64,000 bases of DNA. Source: Convolutriloba macropyga (lineage: Eukaryota). The DNA is taken from positions 27,094,001 to 27,158,000 of the forward strand of contig NC_134472.1 of NCBI RefSeq assembly GCF_964194025.1, read 5' to 3'. The notes below the pieces were generated by a model. That model searched no databases. It was not told the DNA's origin and worked only from the letters and a program-made list of their open reading frames with translations. The translations under genes were made by a program, and so were the position numbers. Positions within the stretch are counted from its first letter, which is position 1. Every line of letters starts with the position of its first letter. Positions 1 to 14,162 of this stretch are shown here, one piece after another.

Positions 1-1116
1 CCAAAAGCTGATACCATCCTAGCTGACTCAAAGAACATCATACGTAGAAGCCTAATACCGAATATGACCGACCAGGACTCCCCCGATGATGGTATGAGAT
101 CCCTGTTAAGTCTACCTGTAAAGAATGGCGGGATGGCAATCAGAGCTCCTGACGATTTAGTCCCCGCGTATGACCAATCGAAACTTCTCAGCAGCCCACT
201 AGATCATTTTGACGTAACAACAGCGACACTACATCAAGAGAGAATCAAAACAGACATACGAAGACAAAAACAAACCCAAAACAAACAGAAGTCAGAAGAA
301 ATTCTTGCAAACATGACCGAAGATCTCAAATATTCAGTACAACTAGTCAGTGAGAAAGGCGCGTCTACATGGTTGAATGCACTGCCAATAGAACTACATG
401 ACCTTTGGTTAACCAAAACCGAGTTCAGAGACGCCCTATGCATTCGATATGGCTGGCAGTTCAAAAATATTCCCGAGAAGTGTGCGTGTGGCTCGAAGTT
501 TCTTGTATCCCATGCCCTTCACTGCCCTAAGGGAGGATATCCAATAACCAGGCATAATGAAGTAAGAGATTTCTTCGCCGAGCTTATGCGAAAAACTTGT
601 TACGATATCGAAGTTGAACCTCACCTGCAGCCTCTCAGCAATGAGAGCCTAAAACCCGCAACCTGCAAGGACGAGGAAGCACGATTAGATATCTCAGCTA
701 AAGGCCTATGGGGTTCTCGCTTTGAGAAATCATACTATGATGTTAAAGTTTTCAATCCGTTTGCTCCAACAAACAGACGTATTGGAATCAAAGAGAGCTA
801 CAAGTTCCACGAAACGACGAAGAAGACCAAATACCTGGACAGAATTGTTGAAGTTGAGCATAGCTCTTTCATCCCTCTGATCTTCTCGACCACAGGAGGA
901 AGCGGCCCCGGCTCCACAATAGTTATAAAACGACTTGCATCAAGAATTGCTGAAAAGACGAAAGACACGTATCCTAACGTCATAAATTTCATCAGAACAT
1001 CCCTGAGCTTCGCCCTACTTAGAAGCACAATCCTTTGTATAAGAGGCCACAGAGGACAACGCTCTTACAAGGAGGAGTCTTCACCCTGTGCATTTAATGC
1101 CGAAGTCAACCCATAA
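1..1116 (+). mobile_element. 3' part of a non-LTR retrotransposon ORF (CRE-like clade): RT C-terminus, zinc knuckle and restriction-like (PD-D/ExK) endonuclease
   Basis: ORF 64..1116 (frame appears open from the window start) has LPVKNGGMAI, GASTWLNALP, EFRDALCIRYG, CACG..HALHC, RHNEVRD, EP...RLDI...YDVKV, the typical order in RLE-bearing non-LTR elements. Confidence 0.85.
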
Positions 1117-2539
1117 ATCTGTACATATAAACCTAATTTGAAACCTAACGTGAACTTACATGTATACTGTTTCATACCAAACTTTGACCTCCAGAAACTG
1201 ACTGGTAATTTATTCATTTCATTAGCAGATGTGGTGCTCATTTTTCATTCCAACAGCACACAGTGCACTTTGAATTTTCGTCTTTACGATCAGTTGCTTT
1301 GATTTTGCTCTTTTTGTTTGACCTCGAATGATGTTAGCACCGTTCTGTTATTGTTGACCTTTATTGAATTCAAGTTATTTCACATTTATTTCTACTTTTC
1401 CCCAATATTAGCTTTTTCTGCTTATCGCCTTCATTGATTTTTTATTTCGGGGATCCAATCTAATTTTATGTTGTCCACAAGTACCTTTTATTTATCAAAC
1501 AAGACTTTTTGTTCGTATCAAATGCTGAATCAAATAATTTCCATCCAATCGTCATTGGAAAATACCCTCGGCCAACAGTTTACTTCTGTTGAAATATATG
1601 TTTAGCTGGTGGTAAATGAGTCTGATGAAGTTAGATACCTCGTAATTTAGGTCGCATAATAAATCGTAAGAAACTTCAACGAGCCCAAACCAAATCAGCG
1701 CGATCCAATAAACGTAGGATCTTTTCCGCTAGCGCCCCCGCTCCTATATAACTGAAATTTAAGTACCCCTGAATACCAAAGTTTCGCTCCCTTCTGGACA
1801 GGATACTTAATTCATAGTTACGTGCCTAGTATAATGCATCAACAATCATATTTGCAAGATTTTTCACGAAAATCTTTCAAAGTAGTACACCCCTTTACAA
1901 AGCATGTAATTCCTAAAAATGCAATAAGAACAATGTTTTGGTTGGTGTTTCATTATATGCAGTGCGTTATTATTGTGCAAATTTTAATTTCAAACCACCC
2001 ATCTCTTAATATTTTCTGAATGTCCATCACGCGTATTCACATGTTAAAATTCAAATGCATACCTAATGTATAAATAGAAGGAGTGCCTGAGCGCTAGCAG
2101 AAGTCATCACGGCCTAAAACGGAACTGCCTGAGCGCTAGCGGAACTTCGGAAATCAACACGGCCTAAAACACAGAATTCTAAAGCAATTCTAAAGCAAAT
2201 GTGGAATGATATGATGCGGTACAAACCAGAAAACGTCTGCACGTGGCAGATCTGTTGTGACTGTCAACACTGCAGAGAGACATCGACTAATTTTCTATAA
2301 CTGTTTTAATTGGGAGAAATCCCTTCTGTAAAGAAAATCCCCAACAACAACAACAGCAAAATCCCAATTTTAATCATTTCATCTCGGCAACACTGAAAAG
2401 AAAAATAAATGCAACCAAAGGGTGCTGACAAGAGCTAAAGCTTTCTATTTTTAGAATCGAAATTTATCCTTTATCTGATTCGTTTCTAATTTTCATTTTC
2501 TACAGATTTTGCGTTACTCTGCAAATAATATCATCTACG

Positions 2540-3530
2540 TACCTTTTGAACAAATTTTCCCAATATTATTCCCACGCTTGTGGTTTGTTGCAGCAGTACG
2601 TATGAATCCAAACAACGTCCAAGAGATTGGAATATTCCGCTTGTTATTTTTGATATGTTGCACGAAATCAGTTCTTGCATAACTCATATTCTCCTTTTGC
2701 GCGAAAGTCACTCTGCTATTGCAGTCATTGCGGTTCCCGTTTTGATTACATTGAGAGATTTTCATTGAGCTCTGGTTTTTGCATTGATGCCTCAAACTAT
2801 TTCGCCCATACGTTTGCTAGTATTAGAGCCAGTGATGCACTCATAGCTTTATTATCTGATTGGTCATATAATAGATTCTGGAACGAGGGTGCTTCAGTAG
2901 AGTTCTCTTAGAGCAATTTCTATAGCCTCTCCAACCGGCACATTGGTATACAAACTTTTAAAGCTTTTCAGTATCTTGTGTGCTGGTTTCATTGTTTGCG
3001 CCTGGTAATTTTTGGATAAACGGCGCCAAAAATCTGTTAAAATTTTGATTACTACTACCAGGTATCGAAAGAACAGGTCGGAGAGGTGTATCTTTTTTGT
3101 ATAAAGCCCAATGTTGAGAATTACCGACTAGAAAGACTAGTTCCACTTTTGAGTATTGCAGCCTAACTTATCGAGCGTTGTTTTTTTTGCCTTACCGTCA
3201 TTTGGAATCATTTTTATAAGGCTCGGTACAGATTTTTTTTAACATCACCCTAGTGTTTTCCGCGTCAAAGTTGCCTTGGAATCAATTGGTTTGAGCGAAA
3301 ATGTCAACAGCATCATTTACGCTAACTATGAGAAGGCTTTGACACCGAGTGGCGGTGCTGATTGTCAGACCAAATTTTTTCATCAGTTTTCAGAGCTTTA
3401 TCAAAATTTTTCCATGGGCCTTATATATTGTGTGGACTGTGTCTGATATTTTTCGTCTGCTGTTTTGGCGCACAACTTTCATGTTGAACATTATGCCAAG
3501 CATCCGTTGGTTACCATTCTCTAAATACTA
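2540..3530 (-). mobile_element. Degenerate Penelope-like element, RT fragment
   Basis: Minus-strand motifs YKKDTPLRPVLS...FLAPFIQ (2958..3146) and KSLYTNVPVGEAIEIA (about 2959-2912); interrupted by stops and frameshifts; boundaries approximate. Confidence 0.7.
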
Positions 3531-3890
3531 CCGTGACCGGTCAATTGGCCGACATACAAATTAGCCGACACTTGAGCAAATATAACTACTCGAAAACCAC
3601 AGTTGACGATAATTACCCGCGCATTAAGCGGTAAAAGTAGCGTCCCTTAGTTGTAAAACAAACATTAATTGGCTATTACTGCCAGCTAATTTGGCCATGC
3701 CTCACCGGCGTGTGGGACTTGATATGAACCTATCACAACCGAACAAATTGTTAGGGCCGAACATAAGTAAGTCGACGCTTCTAATAACACTATTTAAATT
3801 ACACAGTTTCGATTTCGATCTTTTTCACGGCGTCTTGATGAAATCTGTCGGCCAATTGGCGTGTCTTCTAATATGTTTGTCGGCTAATAC
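3529..3890. mobile_element. Probable MITE directly upstream of the CDK gene
   Basis: Imperfect inverted repeats TTGGCCGACATACAAATTAG (about 3546) and CTAATATGTTTGTCGGCTAA (about 3868); no coding capacity. Confidence 0.4.
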
Positions 3891-3982
3891 CCCTAGCCCA
3901 AATACTTTGTATACAAAATATGGGACTTCAAAAGGAAAGGACAGATTTTTAATATGAAGTTTTTCAGATGGGTTAAATCAAA

Positions 3983-4517
3983 ATGGCTGATCCTTTGCTT
4001 AACTACGAGAAAGTGAAGAAAATTGGCGAAGGGCAATATGGCGTCGTCTACAAAGCTCGAAATATTGCGACAAATGAAATGGTTGCTTTAAAGCGAATTA
4101 ATATCGATGATCGTGATGGCGTTCCATCTACAGCGTTGCGCGAGATTAGTTTATTGCAAGGACTGAAGCATGAAAATATAGTAAAATTACTTGATGTATT
4201 GTTTGTTGAAGCTAAATTCTATCTTGTTTTTGAGCTTTCAGAAATGGATTTAGGTCAATTTATACGAAGATTCAAACCACAATTAGTCCCTTTCGAGATG
4301 TCGAAAAGTATTTTCAAGCAACTAGTAACCGGCCTTTTCTTTTGCCATTCACGGAGAGTTCTGCATAGAGACATCAAACCTCAAAATGTTCTGGTCGATG
4401 TTGACGGAAGTGTGAAAATTGCCGACTTTGGGCTAGCGAGAGCCTTCACTGTTCCACTCAGACCTCTTACCAACGAAGTGGTAACTCTGTGGTATCGGGC
4501 TCCAGAAATTCTTTTCG
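3983..4517 (+). CDS. Cyclin-dependent kinase (CDK1/2/3-like), exon 1
   Basis: [43 protein letters not shown]; donor G|GTAAGT at 4517/4518. Confidence 0.93.
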
Positions 4518-4829
4518 GTAAGTGCAGTCATAGAGACAAAAATTTAATTAAATGTTAACTTTCGGAATGAGCTCTTTGATTTCTGGACAGATTGGTTGTC
4601 CAAAAGTAGCCTTTAGAACATTCGCTCAACTTGAGTTTATTGGCTATGAAGAAATAACTCGTTTCTAAACCGCTCTAACTACTCTACAACTACGGCAAGA
4701 GCATGCGTTTTATTGACTTTTATTGTTCCAACATTTTTTCAAAATGGGACAATATATATGCGAGGCAGGCTTTTTTTCTTCAGTCAGTTTTTAACTTTTT
4801 ATTTACGCATCGTAGTGAAAAAAGAGGAA

Positions 4830-5800
4830 CATCAAATTGTAGCCCTTAGAGGTGGTGTTCCTCAAGCTTTAATCCTCGGTCCCCTCCTATTTCTATTTTT
4901 TCATAACCGATATCTCTGATTGCTGGTCTGAAATGGATAGCTTTGGATTCGCTGACGATTTCATAGTGGTCGTTACAAGTCAGTCAGAAATGAATGCGGT
5001 AAATGAAAACATATTAGCCTGGCTATGAAAAATTGGCATGCAACCAAGCACAAAGAACTCACATACACTTGACAATAAAGGCGACCTTGAAGTACATTTA
5101 CGCAATAAAAATCTTCAAACTGTATAATCGCAACGTGACTTACGCCTCATAGTATAAAACTTCTACTGGAATAGAAGGTGCCTGCGAAGATCATGTAATG
5201 CAATGGCAGCCCTTTTTCATACCAAACGTAATCTAAGATCAAGTTGTTATTGGAAAAACAAATTAAACGTATACACCGGATATCTCCCAATCGCTGTGTA
5301 TGCTTCTCAGACTTGATTGCCAAACAAAGAAAAACAATCAGAATTTGAAAAGGCGCAACATAATGCAACAAAATGGATATTAGGTTAGCAATTAGGCTAT
5401 CAAAATTGGTTAATAGCTTTACACATCCTACCTTTACGCCTATATGTTGAAATGTATGAGCTGTTAATGTTGATATTCTTTAAAAGAGGAGAGATTTGAC
5501 GTAGAAAATTTAACAGAAATTGAAATCAGTGAAACTACTGGACAAGACACCCGAGGCGAACTTCAGTTATCGAAATCTCTATTAAATGAAACAATCTAAA
5601 ACTTCTTTCGAAGAACGAAACTGCTCTACAACTGAACTCTTTGAGTATATGAGAGATTTGGAACTGTCCTTTATAAAGCTACTATTCTAAGGATTTATGG
5701 AATTTCTTCCTCTGACATTACTCTGAAGAAAACACGTGTACCTGGAGATTGATATGCAGATGTGGCAACTGTAACTATCTAAACAAGATAAAATTGAACT
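4830..5800 (+). mobile_element. Degenerate non-LTR (CR1/L2-like) RT fragment inside the CDK intron
   Basis: GVPQALILGPLLFL (about 4850-4895), FADD (about 4948), RDL; many stops; boundaries approximate. Confidence 0.7.
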
Positions 5801-8587
5801 GATGAAATTGGAAATGGGTAAAACGTCCGTGATATCAACTCAAAATCTTGTTTTCTTACTTCTATGATGTGTTTTATTGAAGAAAAATGACGCAAAAATG
5901 ATAAATTTTGTAACTATTTTTTGTGCCAATTTCTTGCGAGTTTCTCAATTTTTTTTCAAAAAAGTGTATGAGTGAGCATGTAATGGCTCGTCTATTGCTG
6001 TCTGAACGAACCGATTCAATTGCATAGTAAAAAATCTTTGTTGTTAGGTCTACTTGTATTTTAAAATGAAATCATTGATTTGTTCTAATTTTTAGTTCAA
6101 TTGGTTTTTAAGAGCTTTTTTTGCTACCTAATTTTTATTGTTTTTTTAAAGTTCTGATTGCCACTTTAGTCAGAACCATATCATTTAAAAAGTAGTTCTC
6201 ATAACCGCGAAGACTCTCAGAGAGAGACCTATGTGTTTTTCAGAATTCGTTTTAGTAATTGCTCAATAGACTTAATTTTAGAAGATAGTTAATGTTAAAA
6301 ATTAGTTGAAACTGCGCATTTAGAACTTTATTGAAACATAAATAGCTAGCCTCAACGGCAGCTATTTGACGATAATTTGTTAGCTGTAACACATTCCTTT
6401 AAAAGCAAAAAGTGAGGTCTTATATAAATTTCTTAAAAGCATGTATTCAGAAAAGAAACAGAAAAAAATTATGGGCTTTTACTTTTTTACTTTTTAAGGT
6501 TGTCCTTTAAGAAATAAATAGTTCAACCATTTTCTGATTTAGCCAACACAGAAAGATGTGATAAAACGTGGAAATAAACTAAAGAAATCCCAAACACTTA
6601 AACATTTAATCAAATGGTAACTCGTTATAGAGAACGATGAAAAGATTAAGTAAAATTGAAACATTTCGGTATTTGAGCTGATTTTTAGAGATCTAAGCAT
6701 GTAGAGATGTAAGTATGTAGAAAAACGTTTTTTAGTGCTTAAAATACTTTCCAGTACCATGTACTGCCGGCATTTGAGGTTTCCATTTGAGGGAGCAGTC
6801 TTGGTTCCATTTCACCTATTACACCCGAAAACGTTTTGAAACATCCGAAAAATTCAGAAAAACGAAAAATATGTTTTTCAACACTGCTTTGTTCGTATCT
6901 GACGCTGGGTTGGCTTTCGACAATATCTCCAATTGATCTTAAAACCATTGAAACTTGAAATCAGCTTACAACAGAATCCTTCAGCTTTGAGCTAAATTGA
7001 TATACAAAAATTTGCCAGTTTTTCAACTTGAAAAGTATTTTAAAAAACTTCTTTTTCGATTTGTAACGTAGACTCTGAAAAAAATCTGTTTTTTGGTTCG
7101 CTTCAAATTGTAAATTTCAAAAAAGTTTTATGAGTTTAGGGCATATGAAATTAAAAGGGTTGACGCTCTTTTTGAACTATAAGACTCTAAAATCATATTA
7201 AAAGCCAAGTAATTGACAATGCAACTAGTTATTTTCATCTGTTAAAATTATATTATAATGCTTCTAAAATGATAATGCTTCTTATATTATAATGCTTCTA
7301 AAATGAAAAATCCAAAAGTTGGACTAAGTTGCTACGGAAGAAGTGCTTCGTTTTTTGCTTCGAAAAATTGACAATAAAAAAATTGTCAACTCAGAAAAAG
7401 TTTTACAAACATGAGTTATTTTTTCGAACATTCTGTGACACACAATTTTGACGAGGCTTCTCGTTCAAATTAATTAGTCCACCAATCTTTGAGAAGCTTC
7501 CAAATTGGATCTTTTCCGTTTGTGCCCCCAGCAAGTTATGCGCCCAGATTCAGAGCACGTACCGCTGAATTGTACATCATTGTATGAAATATGGCACGTG
7601 TATGTGAGAGGGAGGGGGTGCAAGTCTTTGCACCCACTATCCTGGGGGGGCACAAACTTAAAAGGTCATCCAAATTAATTAGTTCGACTATCTTTGAGTT
7701 CTCCAAAAACTTTCCCACCACGATTCGAGAGTTAATTGCAATTTTTGTACGAGATGGTTTGTCGCGAAGCGGGGCTATTATTGTTCTTATCTTGATTTTT
7801 TGGCTGCAAACCTGAGGCAACAAAATCAATATTAACAAAACTGTGAAATAGTTATGATCTTGAGAGAAGTTTATTCCTTTGCCTCCTGACTTTTTATGTG
7901 ATTCATTAGACCCCTAATTTGGCTTCTGATGAATAACAACAATTCAACAGAGCTAAATCACTAAGGTGTTAAAAAACTAGCTTCTGTGGTTACAATTGAG
8001 CATAATACTGAGCTGACTTCACGGAAAAATTCCTTAGACGCCTTAAGGCAAGCTTCTTGAGAAAAGTTATTGGAAGCACAATTACAACATCGAAAATTTA
8101 TCTTTAATCAGTTTTGCAAAACCACAGCTCAAGAAGACGTGATCACCACAACACACCTTACGAACCAATTGCATGGCTATTCAAAGTGTGGAGAGCTCAA
8201 TTCTAAACAGTTAAGATTGTTTTTGTTTTTTTTTTCGTCGTATCATAGTTATCTCAAATCCTCAACGTTTTATCTTCATTAACCTCGAGAAAAATGAAAT
8301 TGGGGCAAAATAAGTTAGAGTATAATTCTTGGAATTGTTCGGTAAGTTGTGCTCTTCCTTCGGAGCTTTATTTGCCTTGCTTCCCTGAACTATATTCTTA
8401 CATATAAACATTGTGTCATTTAGGCCATGAAAAAAGCTGAGAAATTTCACCTTTTCGGGCTGCGATTTGATTAAAGAAATTGGATGCTGTCTATCATTCT
8501 ATTTAGTAGGATGAGCTATTGCGTGTTCTTGAAAATCTTTTTGTTAGATCATCGTTTTCGTGATGAAATGTACTTTTTGGTGTTCAG

Positions 8588-8988
8588 GAGACGACTTCTA
8601 CTCAATGGGCGTGGATGTGTGGTCCAGTGGGTGTATCCTTGCCGAAATGCTTTTGGGGAAAGCGTTGTTCCAAGGTGACAGTGAAATTGGACAGATTCAT
8701 GAAATATTCAAGCAGCTGGGCACTCCCCGAGAATCATCATGGCCCGGAATTTCCCAGAACAGAATATTTAGAAACACTTTTCCTGATTGGGTGAGAAAAT
8801 CACGCGCTGAACTTTTCCCAGGGATTGATGAAACAGCCGCAGGTATTTTGGACGACATATTTGTTTATAACCAGGAAAAACGAATTTCGGCCAAAGAAAT
8901 TTTGGTTTCATGCTTTGTTCAAAGTGCGCAAGATAGGTTTTCATGTGCTACTAAGCAAGATAGTCAATATTCAATGACAAATCAGTAG
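8588..8988 (+). CDS. Cyclin-dependent kinase, exon 2 (spliced protein about 311 aa)
   Basis: Acceptor TTCAG|GA at 8587/8588 joins in phase 1 to give ...ILFGDDFYSMGVDVWSSGCILAEM...LFQGDSEIGQ...RISAKE. Confidence 0.93.
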
Positions 8989-9525
8989 TTGTGATGGTCT
9001 TTTCTTACTGTAACGAAGTATTTTACTCTTCTGTTTAGACATTTGAGACTTGAAGTTTGTGTTTGATCTGAAATGTTTTTACCCGCCAATTGTAGACATT
9101 AATTGGAAAATATATTTTTTAATTCAATTCTGTTTTATTGTAAATGGCACCAATGAAGAAATTGGCCGTCGAAAAAACTAATTCGTAGTCAAATCGCTCA
9201 AAAAGCAATTGTTTATCAACAATTTTGCGCTCTGGCAGTGTTATTAAGTTTGTTATTATAGTCCTGCGGTCGTCTTTTAGCGATTTTTTGGGATAAACGG
9301 GTAATGCCCTGAGGCCATTTATCACAGCAGCTCTTTTAGAGTTCCACTATTCTCTAAGTGTACAGTCCCGCACTCTCGCAAACACCTAACGCGCCCCTTA
9401 CTGCTAGTCTCTCTGAGTCCGAATTGGTTACTGCCAAAGGCAACCGCTGACCGGTCGTTTCAGAGCAATTCGCTCAACGTTAGTTGGAGAGTTCATTTTT
9501 CTAGATTTTTTTTCATAATCTCGCT

Positions 9526-9668
9526 AGTAGTGGATAAAACAGGGCTTCCAGCCACCAGCAAAATTTGACCCTTTCTCCAAGCGCTAATCACGCATGTCGA
9601 ATCGGGCCAAATTTTACTGATTTCTGGAAGCCCTGTTTTATCCACTACTATATGTTAGCTCTAAATTT
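9526..9668. repeat. Left TIR, containing a 124-nt hairpin (9526-9649)
   Basis: 9526-9551 AGTAGTGGATAAAACAGGGCTTCCAG is the exact reverse complement of 9624-9649. Confidence 0.95.
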
Positions 9669-9797
9669 GATAAAATTAAAATTATTATTCTATGAATTAG
9701 TCAAGAATTGTTTTCTTCCCTTATTTATTCTAGATCTAGCATCTATTAAGAAAAAAAGGAATCAATATACTTCTCATATAAATTAAAAGAAGAAGAA

Positions 9798-10115
9798 TTA
9801 GTTTATTTGAATATTATACTTATAAACATGCTCTCTGAATTGATTTCTAGTGTGACCATATCTATATCTATGAAGATAAATACATAGTCTACATTTCCTA
9901 TTTCTAAATCTATATAATGATATATGTTTATAAACATTACACATACTACACGTTAGATATTGATCAGGATCAGAATAATGATATCCCAAATGTTCTATAT
10001 AATCTTTCACTTTGACCATATTTTTACATACATAACAAGAATATTCTAATTCTTTACAATTATCACAACATTCTTTCCAAGGTTTATTTATGCATTTATT
10101 GCATTTCATTTTCAT
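9798..10115 (-). CDS. Small Cys/His-rich (zinc-binding) Polinton protein
   Basis: 105-aa ORF with several CxxC pairs and a CxxC...HxxxH; divergent from pPolB. Confidence 0.55.
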   Translation of the reverse strand: MKMKCNKCINKPWKECCDNCKELEYSCYVCKNMVKVKDYIEHLGYHYSDPDQYLTCSMCNVYKHISLYRFRNRKCRLCIYLHRYRYGHTRNQFREHVYKYNIQIN

Positions 10116-10160
10116 TTTTCGGAAAATTATTTTTTGATTATTTCCCTAAAAAATTACATC

Positions 10161-13100
10161 ATGTCTCAGTCAACAAATACTAATGTCATAAACTTCTGTG
10201 ATGTCTGTAATTTATCCTTTGAATCAAAGAAGGCTTTATACAGGCATCAATCATACGATCTCAAACATAAGGAACTATTGGAGAAAATGTTTGAGTCTGA
10301 AGAAGAGGAAATCTCGGAGAGGGTGTATAATTTGGATGAAGATGATTATATTATTAAAACTAAACCAGCCACCAATCCTAAAACTAAAACTGAAGAGGAT
10401 ATCTACACCAGAATTAAGTATGAATGTAAAGAATGTCATGAAGAATTTAGAAGTAAAGTAGCTCTAACTACTCATTCATATAGTCACAATCGCATGTATC
10501 TAGAAAACACAGAATACTTCGATATAAACTCAAGTCAGAACATGAGAGAATTTTATATTACTGATAAAGCTGGGAATTACATTGAAGATATAGATGAAGC
10601 AACTAATTACTCTTTAGAAGAAATTAAAAACTGTTACCAGTTTCGTAAAGTTAAGAGTTTGAAATATAAGATGACGGCTGAATGTGATTATAAGAAGAGA
10701 ACCAAAGAAGAAGTTAAAACTACTAATATATTTTTCAATACTGATTATATTAATAATAATGCAATATATGAATATGGTGACTTCAATCGGTGGCTAGATT
10801 TCGAAAAGGAAATATATGAAGGTTATGGTTATGATTTTGAGTTTCTTGGAATAAGAAGTATCCAGTTAAACATTGAACCAACTAAAGCATCTATTGGTAG
10901 TTATATAGATTTACCTCCTGATCTCAAAAACTCTAAATCGATATTAAATATACGTAGTTATAAATACAACTGCTTACAACTAACTATTACTGCTTGGCTA
11001 CATCCCGCCCCACACCATGCAACTCGAGAAAGTAAATATGTAGATAAACTAATTGAACCAAGACAACAACATGAAGATGATTTTGCTTATATAATAAGAA
11101 TACAGAAATTGTATAATGTTAATATTTGGATATACACACCTTGTGGTAATGGTAAAATAGAATTGTTTAAACAAGTGGATGATTTTGATAAAGATAGAAA
11201 AGATGTAAGAATACTAGTTTGGAGTAATGGTCAATTAGAACACTGTGCCCTAATAAAAAATATAGAAACCTTGTTAGAACGACCAAATAAAAACAACATT
11301 AAATATTATTATTGTGATAGGTGTACCTATTGGTTTAACTCACAAATTAAATTTGATAAACACGAATGCAGCACCTCATTCAAACCAGAGATTGTTTGTC
11401 CTAAGAAAAAACATATTACTTTTGTAAATGAACACAAACGTCAGAATATAAAAAATATTATAACTGCCGATATAGAATGTTGCATTGTTGAAGTCTCAAC
11501 TAATGACTGTAAATATGTAATAGCTGAACATATTCCAATAGCTGTGGGTTACACCTGGCAAGGTAACTTCAAACACTACTTCGGTCTAGGCTGCATCAAA
11601 AGATTTGCTAGAGATCTATTAGAAATAGAAACTGAGAATAATTTCAAACATAATGAAAAGATGATATTCACAGAAGAAGATAAATTATATCATGAAACTA
11701 ATAACACTTGTCATATCTGCAACAAAACATGTATTAATAAAGTAAGAGATCATTGTCATGAAACTGGTAAATATAGAGGACCAGCATGTAAAATATGTAA
11801 TCTAAGATACAAACAACAAAGTTTCATTCCAGTAGTATTCCATAATGGCTCTGGCTATGATTTCAATCTGCTATATAGTGAACTCTTCAAACAATAATGA
11901 TAAAAGAAAAGTAGATAACATACCACTAGCTGCTGGTGAGTCTAAGATGTTTAGCATTGGTTGTCTGAAATTCTTAGATAGTTATAACTTCTTAGCTATG
12001 CCTCTAGATCAAATGGCAAAGATATACGGATGTAAAACTAAAACATTATATCCATATGAATACTTTGGTTTAGACTCCTATAATAATCTTATAGGTAATG
12101 TTCAAAAAGAAGACTTTAAATCCTCTCTACATAATAAATTACCAACACAAGAGGAAGTAGATAATTTTAATAATGAAAACAGTCATAAAACTGGAAATTA
12201 TCTAACTATAGAGTATTTACAGAATGATGTGGAAATATTAGACTATTGCATGAATGAGTATGTTAAACTAAGTATGAAAGAATTCAAGCTCAATCCACTA
12301 CATTACGTTAGTCTCCCGGGTTATAGTTTTGATTGTTGGTTAATGTCAATCGGTGTAACATTAGATACATTACAAGATAAACAAATGCTAGATGATTTTG
12401 TTGGAGCAAAGAGAGGTGGTATATGTGGAATAATGGGTGATAGATATATAGATAACAGTGATGGTAAGACCATATGGTACATAGACGCAAACAAACTATA
12501 TGGTTATGCAATGATGCAAAAGTTACCTTATAAGGACTTCCAGTTTACTACTACTACTCTAGATCCGCGAAGCGGGTTCCTCGATACAATATTGAATACT
12601 CCAGATGATAGTGGTCATGGTTACTATATAGTTTGTGATATTGATTATACTAATGAATGTAAAGAGAGAACAGAACAGTTAGCACTAATACCTAATAAGA
12701 GAAAGATAAATGATAATGAATTGGGATACCGACAAAGAGAGAAAAGTAAAGCAAGATCCGAGAAATTAATCTTAGACCAAAACAACAAAACAGAATATAT
12801 GGTTCATTATAGGATGATAAAGTTCTATGTTAAGATGGGAGTAAAAGTAACAAAAATACATAGAGTAACTAAATTTAAACAAGATCATATATGTAGAGAT
12901 TATATACAAAACAATACAAATAAAAGAGCAACAGCTAAAACTGAAGCAGAAAAGGATGTAAGGAAATTAATGAATAACTCATTATATGGAAGAATGTGCA
13001 TGAATCCTCCACACTTCTTTCAAAGCAAGTTCTTGCATGAAGAAGAAAAGATAATGAAAAGTATAAGTAAACCAACATTTAAGAATATAACTAGATATAA

Positions 13101-13825
13101 GGATTATAGCCAAATGGAATATATAAAGAAAAAAATAGAATATGATTCTCCAGTATATGTAGGTGTTACTATCTTAGAATTAAGTAAATTACACATGTAT
13201 GATGTATTCTATAATATTCTACAACCATCCCTCAAAGATCTAACACTTCACTATATGGATACGGACAGTTTCGTATTAAGTTATAGTAAAGGTAAAGTTA
13301 GTGATGAGCATATGGACTTAAGTAATCTAGACATACCTATAAAAACTAATAATAAAGTCCCCGGCAAGTTTAAGCAAGAGCTGGGAAGTAGGATTATTGA
13401 GGAATTTATAGCATTGTCCCCCAAAACATAGCTTCAAAAATTATCCTAAAAACACTAAAGAAAAAGGAATAAAGAAGCATAATAATGCTATGCACATAGA
13501 TTATTATGATGCATTAATGAATAATACACAGAGAACAGTAGATGAATGTAGAATACAAAAAGGTGGTGATAACATGACAACAACAAAAACAAGTAAGATT
13601 AGTCTAAACACATTTGATGATAAAAGATTTTTTGTAAATAATATTAAAAGCTATCCTCATGATGAGAATCTATATCTATGCAAAAGAGAATTAATAAAAA
13701 TGATCCGCCAAGCATCATTAGATGGAGACAAAGACCTACTGGTTAATAATATTCTAGAACTAACCATTAATGATGATAGAAAGTTAATTGAAGTTGCTAT
13801 TATATTATATAATGAGCTTTGTTAA
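10161..13825 (+). pseudogene. polB: Protein-primed family B DNA polymerase (pPolB), two frameshifts (about 11890 and about 13430)
   Basis: N-terminal C2H2 fingers; ExoI TADIE; EndoVII-like CHIC..VRDHCHETGKYRGPAC..CN; FHNGSGYD; FLDSY; YIDANKLYG; KLMNNSLYG; YMDTDS; KISLNTFDDKRF. Confidence 0.95.
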
Positions 13826-13841
13826 TTTTTATAACAAATAA

Positions 13842-14162
13842 TTATAGACTTAATTCATTCATTACATCCATATGGTTGGTAGTTAGTATATTATAAATCA
13901 TTATCTGAGCAATATATTTTTCCATAATGTCTCCCATGATTGTATTCTTATATAGTGTAGCTCCAGCTATTATATTTTTATTATATTCTAGAAATTTTAT
14001 TATCTTCTTAGCCCCATCTACATATTTAGAATAAGTTGAAATTATTAAATCATCATGATTTGGTTCCTTAATATGATCAATAAACTCATCTATAGTATTA
14101 CAACGTCTTTTACAAGCTAAACATCTTTTTAGATTAAGAGAGAAGCTGTTTTCATTATCCAT
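13842..14162 (-). CDS. Hypothetical Polinton protein with a C2H2-like motif
   Basis: 106-aa ORF, CLACK...HIKEPNH; AAAAAATG start context; divergent from the 14199 ORF. Confidence 0.5.
   Translation of the reverse strand: MDNENSFSLNLKRCLACKRRCNTIDEFIDHIKEPNHDDLIISTYSKYVDGAKKIIKFLEYNKNIIAGATLYKNTIMGDIMEKYIAQIMIYNILTTNHMDVMNELSL

Noticed and set aside
2086-2170. Short direct repeats GCCTGAGCGCTAGC...CACGGCCTAAAAC (similar case at about 41327-41396)
   Set aside because: Only two copies each; ordinary local duplications
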